Shown here one piece after another: positions 52,327-64,000 of a DNA stretch of 64,000 bases. This stretch comes from Octopus sinensis. Taxonomy: Eukaryota. Position 1 is the first letter of the stretch. The number at the start of each line of letters is the position of its first letter. The stretch covers positions 135,532,001 through 135,596,000 of the forward strand of contig NC_042997.1 in the NCBI RefSeq assembly GCF_006345805.1, read 5' to 3'. The notes under the pieces were generated by a model. It ran no database searches. It saw nothing but the letters and a program-made list of their open reading frames with translations, and was not told where the DNA came from. Made by a program: the position numbers and the translations under genes.

Positions 52327-54902
52327 CAAATGTGTTCACTACTCGACAGTATAACTAGTTGCGGGAAGGAACATTAGAGCATCGGTACAATGCGTGGCAC
52401 TATTAGTTCAAGATATTCTCGGTCTGAATTCGAATGTCATCAGGTTAAAATGTTGCTCTTCATATTTTCTGGGAATGTCAAATTATGTGTCATTCATGAA
52501 GTCTTTTCTTTTGTACTCTCTCTTTCGGAATGGGCTTCGTTGCGTAATGGGAAGGATCGTGGAATACAAATCACGACAGTATTTTTTATTTCAGAACTGG
52601 AAAGGTTTGAGCGCACGTGCATATGTGTGAGTTTGTGTGATAACACAACCGTCCAAGGCTGGTCCAATGAATAATTCAACACGGGTAGGAATTTAAGAAA
52701 GAAGACAATATATGAGGACTTCTCCACCAGGATTTGCGGAGAGAATGGACGCAGTTAACCTCAGGATTACAGAGGTACACTTCATTAGAGAGAAAGCACC
52801 CGGCTTGAACGGTCGTGATATACTGAATACATGGAAATACATCAAATGCTTTCAGAATCTTTAACTGGCACTAGCTATCGCCAAGAAAGATGGATGGATG
52901 GATATGTGGATGGACAGTTATTAAAATATATAACTTAATTTTGTTGAAATGATTGACTATGAATGAAAATCCCCGACATATATTCAATGATCCGCAAAGG
53001 GATGTTCATAGTTGCTTTTGTGAATAATATATTTTTCGTATTATTCTAGTTTAAGAATGTAATTAGTATGATCTAATATAGATTTTGTTGTTTAGCACAA
53101 GTGTAGACTTGATCGAGAGAAACTATGACCAATGTAGTTCCAGCCAGGACAATCTTGTTTAATTTCTTAATGTATCTAAAAGTGTTATCCATCGCTTTCA
53201 TATATTTTTCGAATTTTTAAGGTTGTTGGGTGTAATTTGAGGATGAAGTTGGAACTATGCGAATCTATAGTTTTCATCATTGTGTATTATGAGAGTAGTT
53301 TATTGATTTATCGATTTTATTCATTTACAGTCGGAGGAAGGACAAACTTAATCCATCTTAGATTTAATGTTAATTCTTCGAAAAACGAAATTATTGTTTC
53401 AGAAAATTGAATCATAGAAATTTGAATTACAACTCTTATAATATTTAACATTATAATTATCCACTTTTGTAGAACTTAAAGAAAGAGAAAAAAATGTAAG
53501 TGAAGTCCGTGAGAATTTTTGTGAATTAGAGAATACAAATGCCTCGAGACCTAACTGATAATTTGCACTAGGGTTATCTTCATTGAAATTATCGATAGAG
53601 AATATTACTAGCACATAGATGGGGGTTAACCAATTATCATTGGTTCATCAAAGTTTCAACGCCAAATGAGTTGAGTCTATACACTTCTACGTAGAAGTCA
53701 GTTCACTGCTCGAAACAACAAGGATTAGTTTTAGTTTTGTTACTCAAGTGTAAGGTTTCGATTATTCTGGATTATGATATACGTACACATATAAAAGCAT
53801 GCTAGGCTGAATGAATTCCATTACTACCATAACGACGAGGTCTTGAAAGAATTGTAAATCTATTGATTCGAAACAATATATGAAATTCATTATAACAATG
53901 AAATATGGCATTAATTATAGATGTGCTTTACCATCTATATTGAAAATTTAGTTTGTATTATACTAAAGAAAGATGGTAGATTTATTCTATTAATGTTCAT
54001 TATATATTCAGTACATAATGGGAGCATGAATTGTCTGTTGCAAATAGTAAGCAATTTAATTAATTATAGTGATAACTAGATAATCCTTGATAACCTTTAA
54101 TGCAAGCCAATCATAAACTTTGCATCATGAACCCAAGTTTCCTCTTTAATGCCAGAAAAAAGTTCATCATGCAAGATCTTGAAATATTTAGTGAAGCATC
54201 ACCTGCAATTGCTATAGCTGCCACTTCCAACTCTACTGGTAACTACACCGTTACCACCACGGTTACCACCAACAACCCCCCAACTCTATCACTGCTATCA
54301 CTGCCACTAGCACTACTGCTGCTGCTGCTGCTACTACTACTACTACTACATTCCTATCCTTGTACTGATAGTATTTCTGATGCAACAAAATCTTCAATTA
54401 TTTCAAAAGACATATATACACAGTTAGTATTAGCATCGTTGCTAAATATCAAAGTGATATATTATGCCTTTTTAAAGGGTACATTTTCAAGTTACAGAGT
54501 ATAGATGATATTAAGAAATATTTCAAATCACTTTGGCAGAATGCTTAGCGGCGTTTCATCTATCTTTACATTCTGAGATCAAAGTCTGCCGAGGTAGCCT
54601 TTGCCTATCATAGACTTTGCCTATCGATAAAATAAGTACCAGTAGAACAGTGAGGTCGATGTAATCGATTTAACCCCTCCTCAGTAATTGCTGGCTTTGT
54701 GCCAAAATTTGAAATTAATATTTCACATAGCTAACTTTCAGCTAATATTATGAATGCATTGCACAGTTTTTGTATCAAAGAGTTTTAACAGCGATTTATA
54801 CGTATATCTTGTAGCTAAACGTTCCGATGAAAAATATACGTCTAACGATAGTTTTGGACACCCTGCGAGGTAGCCTAACCGGCCGCTCCTTCCCCAACTG
54901 AG

Positions 54903-56697
54903 GCTATCTTCGACGACAACAGATACAAGGGTATAAATTGGCAGCCCTATCCGGTCTGCTCACTGCACGTACCCGTTACTGTACACATAAACCAACACAG
55001 GTGCACACGTACATGCATACACACACACACACGAGTACGCACACACACACACACGCATACACACATACACTCGTACACACACACATACACATACAAAAGT
55101 TTTAATTTTTATTCGTGTTATTGTTATATTTCGAGATGGTTGTTTTTCTTCCTTTCTTCTATTTACCAAATAAACATACGTACGATATGATCGTTCTTCT
55201 CTTCACCTATAAGCTGAAATGAAGAACGAGTACATAGTGCGTGTGTTTATTTGGGAAAAAGAACGACCGCCCCGAAATATAACAATACCTGTTTCAACAC
55301 AGGATTTCACATCAGCAATGTTGTAAACCAAATACCTATTTTTATTCATGAGTTTTCACATTTCCTTAATAGTCGTTTGCTTTGTTAGGATAAATAACGC
55401 TCCATTATCTTTTGTTTCGAGTCGTTCTGAGGGAATCTATTGACTAAGAGAAAAGCATTATCGCAGGCATTCCTGTAGTGACCATCCAGTTTGATTTTTC
55501 AGGCATATTACATTTAGGATTAAACTTTTAATTCTGGCATCCCTTTTTGAAGATGATCTGGGATTGTGATTTATATTCTGCGTAATTATGTTGGCCAGGC
55601 TAAATGGAAAAATGATGCCATTACTTAAAAAAATTTTCATCACTGGAATCAAATTGGTTTATCTTTAACTCGAAGGTACTTTCAACAAACAGTAAATATT
55701 CTAAGTTTATTCGTATCATGTTGCTATTAATGAAGCTTTCTTTCAATTCTTCTAGATTTTGTGGGATTTTCATACACACACACTCGCACATACACATGCT
55801 TGCATGTATATATGCATTATCCGAGGCAGGAAAACTTTTCCGATTTAATATATGGCTTAAGAGAACAAAAGAATGGAGACGAATCGACTACTTGTCGTTT
55901 TCATGAACTTGCCGAACTAAATTGAAACTTAGTGTTTAGTGTATTGTTTTTTAATTTCAAGCTAGATTTTCTTTTTCATTTTGAAAGACTGACTTTTCAC
56001 ATCATAATTATTGACTTGTGTGGTAAGTAATTTGAACATATGTCAAATTTAATTATTCAAATATATTGTGAGTCCTCGTTTCTTTTGTAACATTCAATAA
56101 CCTGAGGCACTTTTATTTTATTGGGAAGAAATATAGGTGTAATATATACCCTGTAATTCTGTCCGTTCACATCGGTGCAATCGAGTGTAATTACCCAGAT
56201 ATTACACAGCACACATTCCAGGCGGGTATTCTTTGCTGGTAAATTGTTTTGTTATTCAATTTCAGGAAGTCAACGAGAAAAAGGAATGTTTTGTTATTTA
56301 ATTTAAGAAAGAATGATAATTGCACTTCATCCTTCAGAAAAGATCTAGACGTAGTTGATGATAACGTAGATCAGTAAACTGGAATAGGTTTCCAGTGGAT
56401 CACGATTAAGAAAAAGAAATGTTGCAGAAACTATTTTGTAAGTTATGTTAGTAAGGTATGATGGGAATGACAAGTGCATTAGGTAGTTTAGGATAGTGTT
56501 TAGGAAGCTATCTTCGACGACAACAGATACAAGAGTATAAAGTGGCTGCCCTATCCAGTCTGCTCACTGCACGTACCCGTCACTGTACACATAAGCCAAT
56601 ACAGGTGCACACGTACATGCATACACACACACGCACACATGCACGAGTACGCTCACGCACATGCACACACACATACACTCATACACACACACATACA
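54903..56697 (+). repeat. Pair of ~190-bp direct repeats (54903-55092, 56507-56697)
   Basis: gctatcttcgacgacaacagatacaag...caggtgcacacgtacatgcatacac in both, ending in CA-rich sequence. Confidence 0.9.
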
Positions 56698-56856
56698 TCG
56701 ACCCCAGTGCGTAACTGGTACTTAACTTATCGACCCCGAAAGAATGAAACTTATTTCTTATTTCTTATTTCTTTATTGCCCACAAGGGACTAAACATAGA
56801 GGGGACAAACAAGGACGGACAAAGAGATTAAGCCGATTAGATCGACCCCAGTGCGT
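56697..56856 (-). mobile_element. Two abutting S1 SINE fragments
   Basis: atcgaccccagtgcgt occurs twice; (TTATTTC)n tail between the pieces. Confidence 0.8.
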
Positions 56857-58926
56857 GTGATAGTTCAGGAGATACAGGTGATGTACTGCTGATTAGGGAC
56901 TGTAGGGTTAGTCAATCGTTGGTTTTAACTTGTAGTAGTGTTTGTTTGTCACATTACGTTTATTAGTATATATTTTACTGGGACTGGAGGCGATTGTAAC
57001 TATGTTATGTACAGTTTTGAATATTTCCCGGAAAGTATCCTACCCAACACAGTATGACATTCTTATTGTAATTACTGATGCTATTAGACATAGACGTATG
57101 AGTCATTGAGGACATTGCTGCAGAGTTTTAAGTTAGAACTCGTTAGAACACTCATACGTGCACTGGTATTGATAAACCCGAGTCGGCCTTCCGACAAGTG
57201 CGTTCATCGACCAACCCTGAACATAGGCAGGATGATTTGCTGACGTTCCGAGCGCCATGCGATATCATGATGGTTGGCACAATCGACTCGAGCAAATCAG
57301 CCTATCAGTCTTTCTTAGTTTGAGGTATGGATTAGAGGCTTGCTTCTCTTCAATATAGATACATAGTTGTACTTGTCTGTGGCATTATGTGAGCGCTTAA
57401 TTCACTGCTTCTGTTTTTTTCTTTTTTATTTTGGCTGAGTATACAGTACATGTTATAGATTGAAAACATTATACTAAGTCCGCAGTATAAATATAGTTTA
57501 TGTAAAGGATATACTTTACTTTGTGGTGTGATGTAATAAGTATTTGGGTTTATGAATGTCGGATTGCCCTCTGTTGTTTTGAATATAATGCCAGAAGTTG
57601 CTTTATAAGCTGAGGATTAACTGCTTTATTTATATGTTAATGAGTGTCGTTACATACATTATGTTGTGCTACGTATGCTAATATAGATTGCTGGTGTGAC
57701 CACAATCATAAGTTGCTATGAAGCCGCATTGATTTGGTGCCTCACAAAGCCATATGTTATTTCTATATGTATGTACAGCGCTTATCATTTGTAGTATTGC
57801 TCTTTTGAGTTAGTTCAATATGCAAGCTGTATAATTGAGTTAGCGCTAAGCAATGAAGAGACAAATAACTACTAGCAAAACTGTTGAAATCAGTTCACTT
57901 TTCTTAGAAGACTATTTTATTTTCAACGAAAATATTGGGCGTTTGTGCTTCGTACGCGAGATATGCAGGCTCTGCAAGAAGACAAGATATTCGCTAAAAC
58001 ACACGTTGTCTCGTTCTGGGTCTTTTCAAGCAGGTTATACTCGGTGACACAATGAAGTACTGCGGCAGCTGGAGGAGGTTACTGCAAGATGGTACAAACG
58101 AAAAAGTAAAAGAGAAACAACAGAAAAGGCATTAAATTTGTGTAGGAAGAGTAAAAGGAAATAGGTGGTGGAGAGTTTGTTCTCTGTTTTTGTATTTATG
58201 GAATGTTAGCAGCAGCAACTGACTGGAAGATGTTAAAGGATTAATAAGTGATGCAGATGATGCTATATATGGTAAACGTGAGCTTGGGCTTCATTTATTT
58301 CTTTTGTTATGGGTAGCTGTCTATGTATCCACTAGGACTATGGCTGCATAATAATCACGAAAGGCGGGAAAATGCTCAAAGTTGGTTGAAAATGATAGAG
58401 ATGTGGAGGGAGGGGATCTGTTTGGATGTGCGAATGTCATTGTCTATATAATTGTATGTGTTGCTAATGATGTTTAACCCAGATCTGCCTTAATGATGCA
58501 GACCCTGAATCAAAGGCGTTTCTGTTATGACTAATTTGTCTTTATTTCTCTGGCATTGCTTATTTAGAATTATATAATCTAATGTTTCTTCTTTAAGGAA
58601 ATAAAGAAAATTTGATATTAGGTGAAAGATTTGTTTGCTACTCAAAGCAAACTGAATACATAGAAATCTTTGCTTCGCTCTATTAATATATGCTGATATA
58701 TATGTTTATTAGTGTTTCAGTATGTTTTAGTTTGCGTGTAGGAACATGTAAAAGGAATTATTTGCAAAATCGTGTTGAGTTCAAATGTCTACGTGTACGA
58801 ATTATTGGATTATCAACCTCTGGGATTTTCGCTCAAAGTGATTGCATGGCCGTTTTGAACTTCTGAATAGTTATTGAACTAATTCCCCGGCGTATGCAGC
58901 ACGCGATCTAGGTTTACTACATTGAA

Positions 58927-59563
58927 AGTGCCTGTCCAACAGTGATTGCATCATCCATACTCTCAACAATGCGCCCTTAAATATGGTTTCTGATTACAAA
59001 TATCTTGGGTCATACATATCATCATCTGGAAAAGACTTTCTAACTAGAAAGGGTATGGCCTGGTCAGCCTGTAATGACATGCATAAGATCTGGTCATCAA
59101 ATCTAAGTAGAGACTTCAAACTTGAAATCTTCAAAGCCACAGTCGAACCAATTCTACTATATGGCTCAGAAACCTGGACGTTATCAAAGAAGCTTGAGAG
59201 GCGGTTGGATAGAACCTACACTCGCCTCCTTATGAGAGCTCAAAATCTCTCGTGGAAGCGCCATCCAACCAAAATGCAAATATATGGGAAACTACCACCT
59301 GTGTCATCTCTTGTGAAAGGTAAGAGAGTCCAGTTTGCTGGACATTGCTGTAGAGCTGAAAAAGAGGTAATTTCTACTCTTCTCCTCTGGAAGCCATCTA
59401 CTCGCAATACCAGAGGGCGCACACTCTCCTACCCTGATGTAATCTCCAGGGATACAGGCATCCAGCAACAGGACCTCCGTAATGCCATGATGGACCATGA
59501 AGTCTGGCGTAGCATGGTAAATTTCATTGTCTCGACCACGGTCGAACAATGATGATGATGATG
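58927..59563 (+). mobile_element. 5'-truncated RTE-clade LINE with (TGA)n tail and 11-bp TSD
   Basis: YKYLGS, PILLYGSETW, FAGHC; uninterrupted 189-aa frame; actacattgaa at 58916-58926 and 59564-59574. Confidence 0.9.
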
Positions 59564-61113
59564 ACTACATTGAAGAAATATTTCTTTTTGTAGTTGTTTA
59601 TTTCTCAGCATCAGTCCATAAATTCCAGTTGACTTCTTGCATCCAGGATTTCTCGTTATTTGGTTGATGCATATACCTTACCAACATGAACTTAATACTA
59701 AGTTTGTTTCAATATACTAGTTTACTACGAAATAAGTATGTCATGCATAATTTTTTGGTAAAATGTTAATGCCTTTATTAGTGAATATCGAATAATATAT
59801 AACTGAATATAATATAATTCCGCAACGGTTACTTCTGAAAAGAATTGAGATACAAAGTTACATGAAAATCTAAACACTAGGTTTTGCGAATTGGTTTATT
59901 GTTAAGAATTACTGGTTTTAAATAATCTGCTTCAATTAAGGAATTAATATAGTTGTAAAGTAATATTCTCTTGTCGACGATAATCCATTTTTTCCACTTT
60001 TAAAAGCTCCATCTTACCTTCTGATGAATTTCATCGTTGTTCCTGCTTCACAGAGGGATAAATATTTAATATTTATGCATATTACAAATTAAACACGTGA
60101 AATTAATTTCATACTTTGCATTCTATTAGAGAGTTTCTTAAATGATTTTGTAATGAATATTAATAGCATTGCTACATTTTTTCCAACCTATATAAATATC
60201 TGTCTGACAAACATTAGGTATATTCTTTTTGAATTTACAAGATGCTATTGCAAGTACTTGCTTTTACCAAAAATGTGAGGAAGGCTATGTGTACATCGAT
60301 AAAAGTACAGTACAACAAAATGAGAGACGAGGTAAAATAAAACATGAGTTAGATAGACATAAATCTACATTTAAACCGTAATCCATAGAATTTATCCAAG
60401 TTTCATTACGTCACAAACAGAATAATCAAAGTGACCTATATTAAATTTTTAATTCAGTGCTCACACGAACATCTACGTCAGTGATTCGCAAATTGGTCTC
60501 TACCGCTCATGGTGGCAGCAATGAAGAGGCAGTAATGTTTCTGTCTTATAGTTAAGTTTCATTACAGACGCTTCCTTTGCTACATAAAACTAAAAGTTCT
60601 GTATGGTAGCAACCGCCCAATTGTTTTAAATGGGCGTTTCATAAAAAAAAATTCCATTTTTGTAACACTGAGCTAGACAAGCATAATTCAGTTTACTTCA
60701 AGGAAAAGATAATATAATGAAAATTAATAGTTTTGACATAAGATAATATTAAATTGATTGCATATTGCATACAAAGTAAAATTTTTAATAGGATAAAATG
60801 TCCTGAATTGCATCTCTGCTATTGGAAATCATAGTAATTCATTACAGAGACGGTAATATTGATCGCATGAATATGAACTAACTTACAGGCAGTTATTTAG
60901 GTAAATCAAGTGCAGCTCAGTATTTCTATTTTTTTTCTGATAAAGCTCATAAGTTCTGAACGTGTATAACGTGTGATGGAAGATTTTATTGGTTTGAACT
61001 CATTAGGAAGTGCATTTACTTTTTGATCTGCACTAAATCTTTGATTAAAAATATATTTGTATAGAGTAGCTTTTCTTTCAAATCCAAAAGAGCAGTCAGC
61101 CTAGAGAACATCA

Positions 61114-61164
<51 letters not shown>

Positions 61165-61697
61165 TATATATATTATATATATATATATATAAGTAATATC
61201 ATATCACTGGTTTTGGTAATAAAAGACAACGGTTTTCCCGTCAATATAGTTGAAATTGTGTAAGCGCAGTTAAGTCGAATATATGTTATACAATGAATAT
61301 AATTTACGTAATGAAGAACTCCTCCGTGCAGATGCAGCGTTTTTGTAACATATTTAGGGAAACTACAAACAGTCTGCTGAAAACTTGGCAACTATGGTCG
61401 GATTCAGTGTTTTAAAAGGAAAGACAAAAAGATAGGAAAAGAAATATGAAAGTTATTTATCTTTTATTTTATATTACATTTTATTAAGATAAAGCGGTGT
61501 TCACACGTTTTCAATGAGTCCGTTACTAGTTCATTGATTTTGAGAAGGCAAGAATGACAAGAGATTGTCTGCAGTGCTCAACTATAACAATTATCACAAA
61601 GAGCTATATTTGGAACTACAACTTAAAGTGTTTTCTCTCTGATCCTTATGCTTCATCAATATACATAGGCAAAAAGTACATGCAGTAACATATACAT

Positions 61698-61715
61698 GTA
61701 GTAGTAGTAGTAGTG

Positions 61716-61767
<52 letters not shown>

Positions 61768-61816
61768 AAGCAGCAGAAGCAGCAGCAGTAGCAACAGCAG
61801 CAGCAGTAGCAGCAGT

Positions 61817-61894
<78 letters not shown>
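61698..61894. repeat. (TAG)n-(CAG)n-(TAG)n compound trinucleotide repeat
   Basis: Direct reading. Confidence 0.96.
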
Positions 61895-61895
<1 letters not shown>

Positions 61896-62304
61896 CATGC
61901 GCTGCAACAACGCTTCGCTGCATCCATCATTAATTGGTGATTCCCTATTATTCTTGCCGGATGGCGCCTCTAAGACACTCAGGCGACATCCCTTAAACCC
62001 ATGGGTCTCTTTAGATACACGTTGATCGTGAAAAGTTTAGAAAGTCGGAGTGCAAATCCAACCTCAAATCGTTTAGCTGCCTTGTATGGCGTGCTGAGGA
62101 AACGTTGTTCTATTCTGTTACATATTGTTCCCCACACACCACTAGAGGCGCGTGAAATAAAGTGGTTTGCTCAAGTACATAACACGCCGCCCGCCGCGTG
62201 CATCGCCCTAATCATAAGGCCTTGCACCTTCACAATATATATGCATGTTGCTCTCTATATATAAACATAAAAAATGAAATCACTATATGAAGTACAAAAT
62301 TATA

Positions 62305-62860
62305 TTTGGTTGTCCGGAAAGTTCCTGCCGATTTTTAAAGGAAAGAAAAAGATCAATAAATACTTGACATTACATTTTTAATCAACCAAATATGAACCAT
62401 TTTGTTGCACAATGCGTGTCTATCTTTCCTCTAACTTGAAAATACCCTCTTCCCAGAACTGAGGTGGTTTCATGGCAAAGTATTCATCAAGGTATCTTTT
62501 TACGCCATCGAAGGAATTGACATTTTTACCTATTCTGCAGAAACCTGAATAAGTGGAAATCCGAAGGAGCAATATCTGGTGAATATGGAAGGTGGGGTAA
62601 CACATCCCAGCCGAGCTGCAGCATTTTTATCTGGTTCCCAAAGCATCAAGTGCCGAAAATGAACTTTCTTATCCTCCATTTTAAAGGTTACAGAATTAAC
62701 ACATGTTATAGGAACATAAATCTTCTTCCACTAAAAGATAGCATAAACTGTGCTCTAAATGAAGGTGTAATCAAATCCTATTTTATGGACTCAACCATGT
62801 TCTAAAATAAGTCGAACGGTAAGCTACTATAAATCGGCACGAACTTTCCGGACATCCCAA
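62305..62860 (-). mobile_element. Internally deleted mariner (same family as 17230-17804) retaining the C-terminal region
   Basis: Same TIRs and TA TSDs; minus strand LGWDVLPHLPYSPDIAPSDFHLF..FWEEGIFKLEERW. Confidence 0.9.
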
Positions 62861-63327
62861 TAGTAATCTAAACTTAGATCTTATAAAGTCCTTATTCTTG
62901 CGTATTTTCAATTTTCGATACGATTTTAACTTAAATTAACCAACTGATATAGGCTTACATATTTAACCAAAATGAGGATTACTAAACAAAAAATTAAAGA
63001 TACTGAACATTAAACTTTAGAATATCTAGCCTATGAAATGAAAGTAACAGGATTCGAAAATTAAGATGATTGGAGTCATGGAAGTAAACTAAGAACAGGT
63101 TGGAGAGTCACAAAAATACTGTAGAACAGAAAAGAGGAATAAATAAATATGAAGACGTAGAATGAAACGAAAATGAATTTGAAGAGAAGTTAGAGAAAGT
63201 ATGAAGGAATCTCGGTGAAAGAAAAATCAGGGATACGGAAGAGGTATTACGAAATACATTCTTCATCAGCATATCATAAAAGTAGACTTGATATGTGTGT
63301 ATGTATATATACATACATATATATATA

Positions 63328-63410
<83 letters not shown>

Positions 63411-63411
<1 letters not shown>

Positions 63412-63739
63412 AAATGGGACAAGAACACAAAACATCCAGATAGGTGATACAAAGAAAACAAGAACGGGTCATTCGGAGTTTTCTTTCCTCAGTCGAGTTC
63501 CAGATTATATTTGCGATTTCGGCTGGTTATACTTCTCCGTTTATTTTCGTCCTTGTTTTCGTATACATTCGCTGCTCTTAGCTTAGCTTTTCCTTGGGGC
63601 TGGCCAGATTGGAGCAATCTCGGGTATAACCATCCGAAATCGCAAAGATAATCTGAAATTCGACTGAGGAAAGAAAACTCCGAATGATCAGTCTTTGTTT
63701 TCTTTGTATCGTCTATCTGGATGCTTTGCGTTCTAGTCC

Positions 63740-63745
<6 letters not shown>
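63411..63745. repeat. Inverted repeat (122-bp arms, 91-bp spacer) between (TA)n tracts
   Basis: 63411-63532 versus the reverse complement of 63624-63745, ~89% identical. Confidence 0.9.
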
Positions 63746-63791
<46 letters not shown>

Positions 63792-63957
63792 CGGCGTATG
63801 TACACTTTGGTTGAAATGATTAATACGGAAAACAGAGTGTACTGGAAGCTTTAACAATCGTTTCAGCTTAATTCTGCACTGCTCCCTAGTGTGCGGGGAA
63901 GGATTTAATGGAAGCGAATGCACGCCTACCTAAGCTTTAATTCTAAATACAAATTAC

Positions 63958-64000
<43 letters not shown>
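63958..64000. repeat. (GATA)n microsatellite
   Basis: Direct reading; runs off the window end. Confidence 0.95.

Noticed and set aside
54100-54504. 134-aa ORF with Thr/Leu runs
   Set aside because: Driven by ACC/CTG/CTA low-complexity repeats.
58880-58915. AARDLGL upstream of the RTE as part of the element
   Set aside because: It lies outside the 11-bp TSD and is separated by a stop; treated as target DNA, though not excluded.
62139-62153. CTCF-like CCACTAGAGGCGC
   Set aside because: Lacks one G of the core consensus and lies in a probable decayed SINE.
63669-63700. CTGAGGA...CCGAAT as a hammerhead core
   Set aside because: No proper helix II closing on GAAA and no helix I could be built.

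Overview
AT-rich, repeat-dominated eukaryotic DNA with no recognisable host protein-coding gene. The tRNA-derived SINE families and the density of (TA)n/(CA)n/(GATA)n tracts resemble an octopus (coleoid cephalopod) genome; this is recall-based inference, not a database result. The window is a mosaic of mobile elements: CR1-type LINEs (one young with an open RT frame, one old, one endonuclease fragment), two RTE-clade LINE 3' ends with target-site duplications (TSDs), R4/Dong-like and L1/Tx1-like fragments, a Penelope-like element (RT plus GIY-YIG), a full-length but frameshifted mariner, two deleted mariners, a Tc1, an hAT-like remnant and at least three SINE families. Most ORFs in the supplied track are microsatellite artefacts. 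The most interesting signals are: (1) four type I hammerhead-ribozyme-like motifs in short modules embedded in (TA)n tracts, suggesting Penelope-derived or retrozyme-like non-autonomous elements; (2) an RTE insertion with a base-precise 5' inversion of the twin-priming type; (3) two LINE AP-endonuclease fragments each fused directly to a Penelope fragment; (4) a covarying 3' stem-loop shared by CR1 LINEs and SINE tails; (5) two long foldback palindromes; (6) a templated insertion inside a Tc1. All coordinates were counted by hand and may be off by a few bases.
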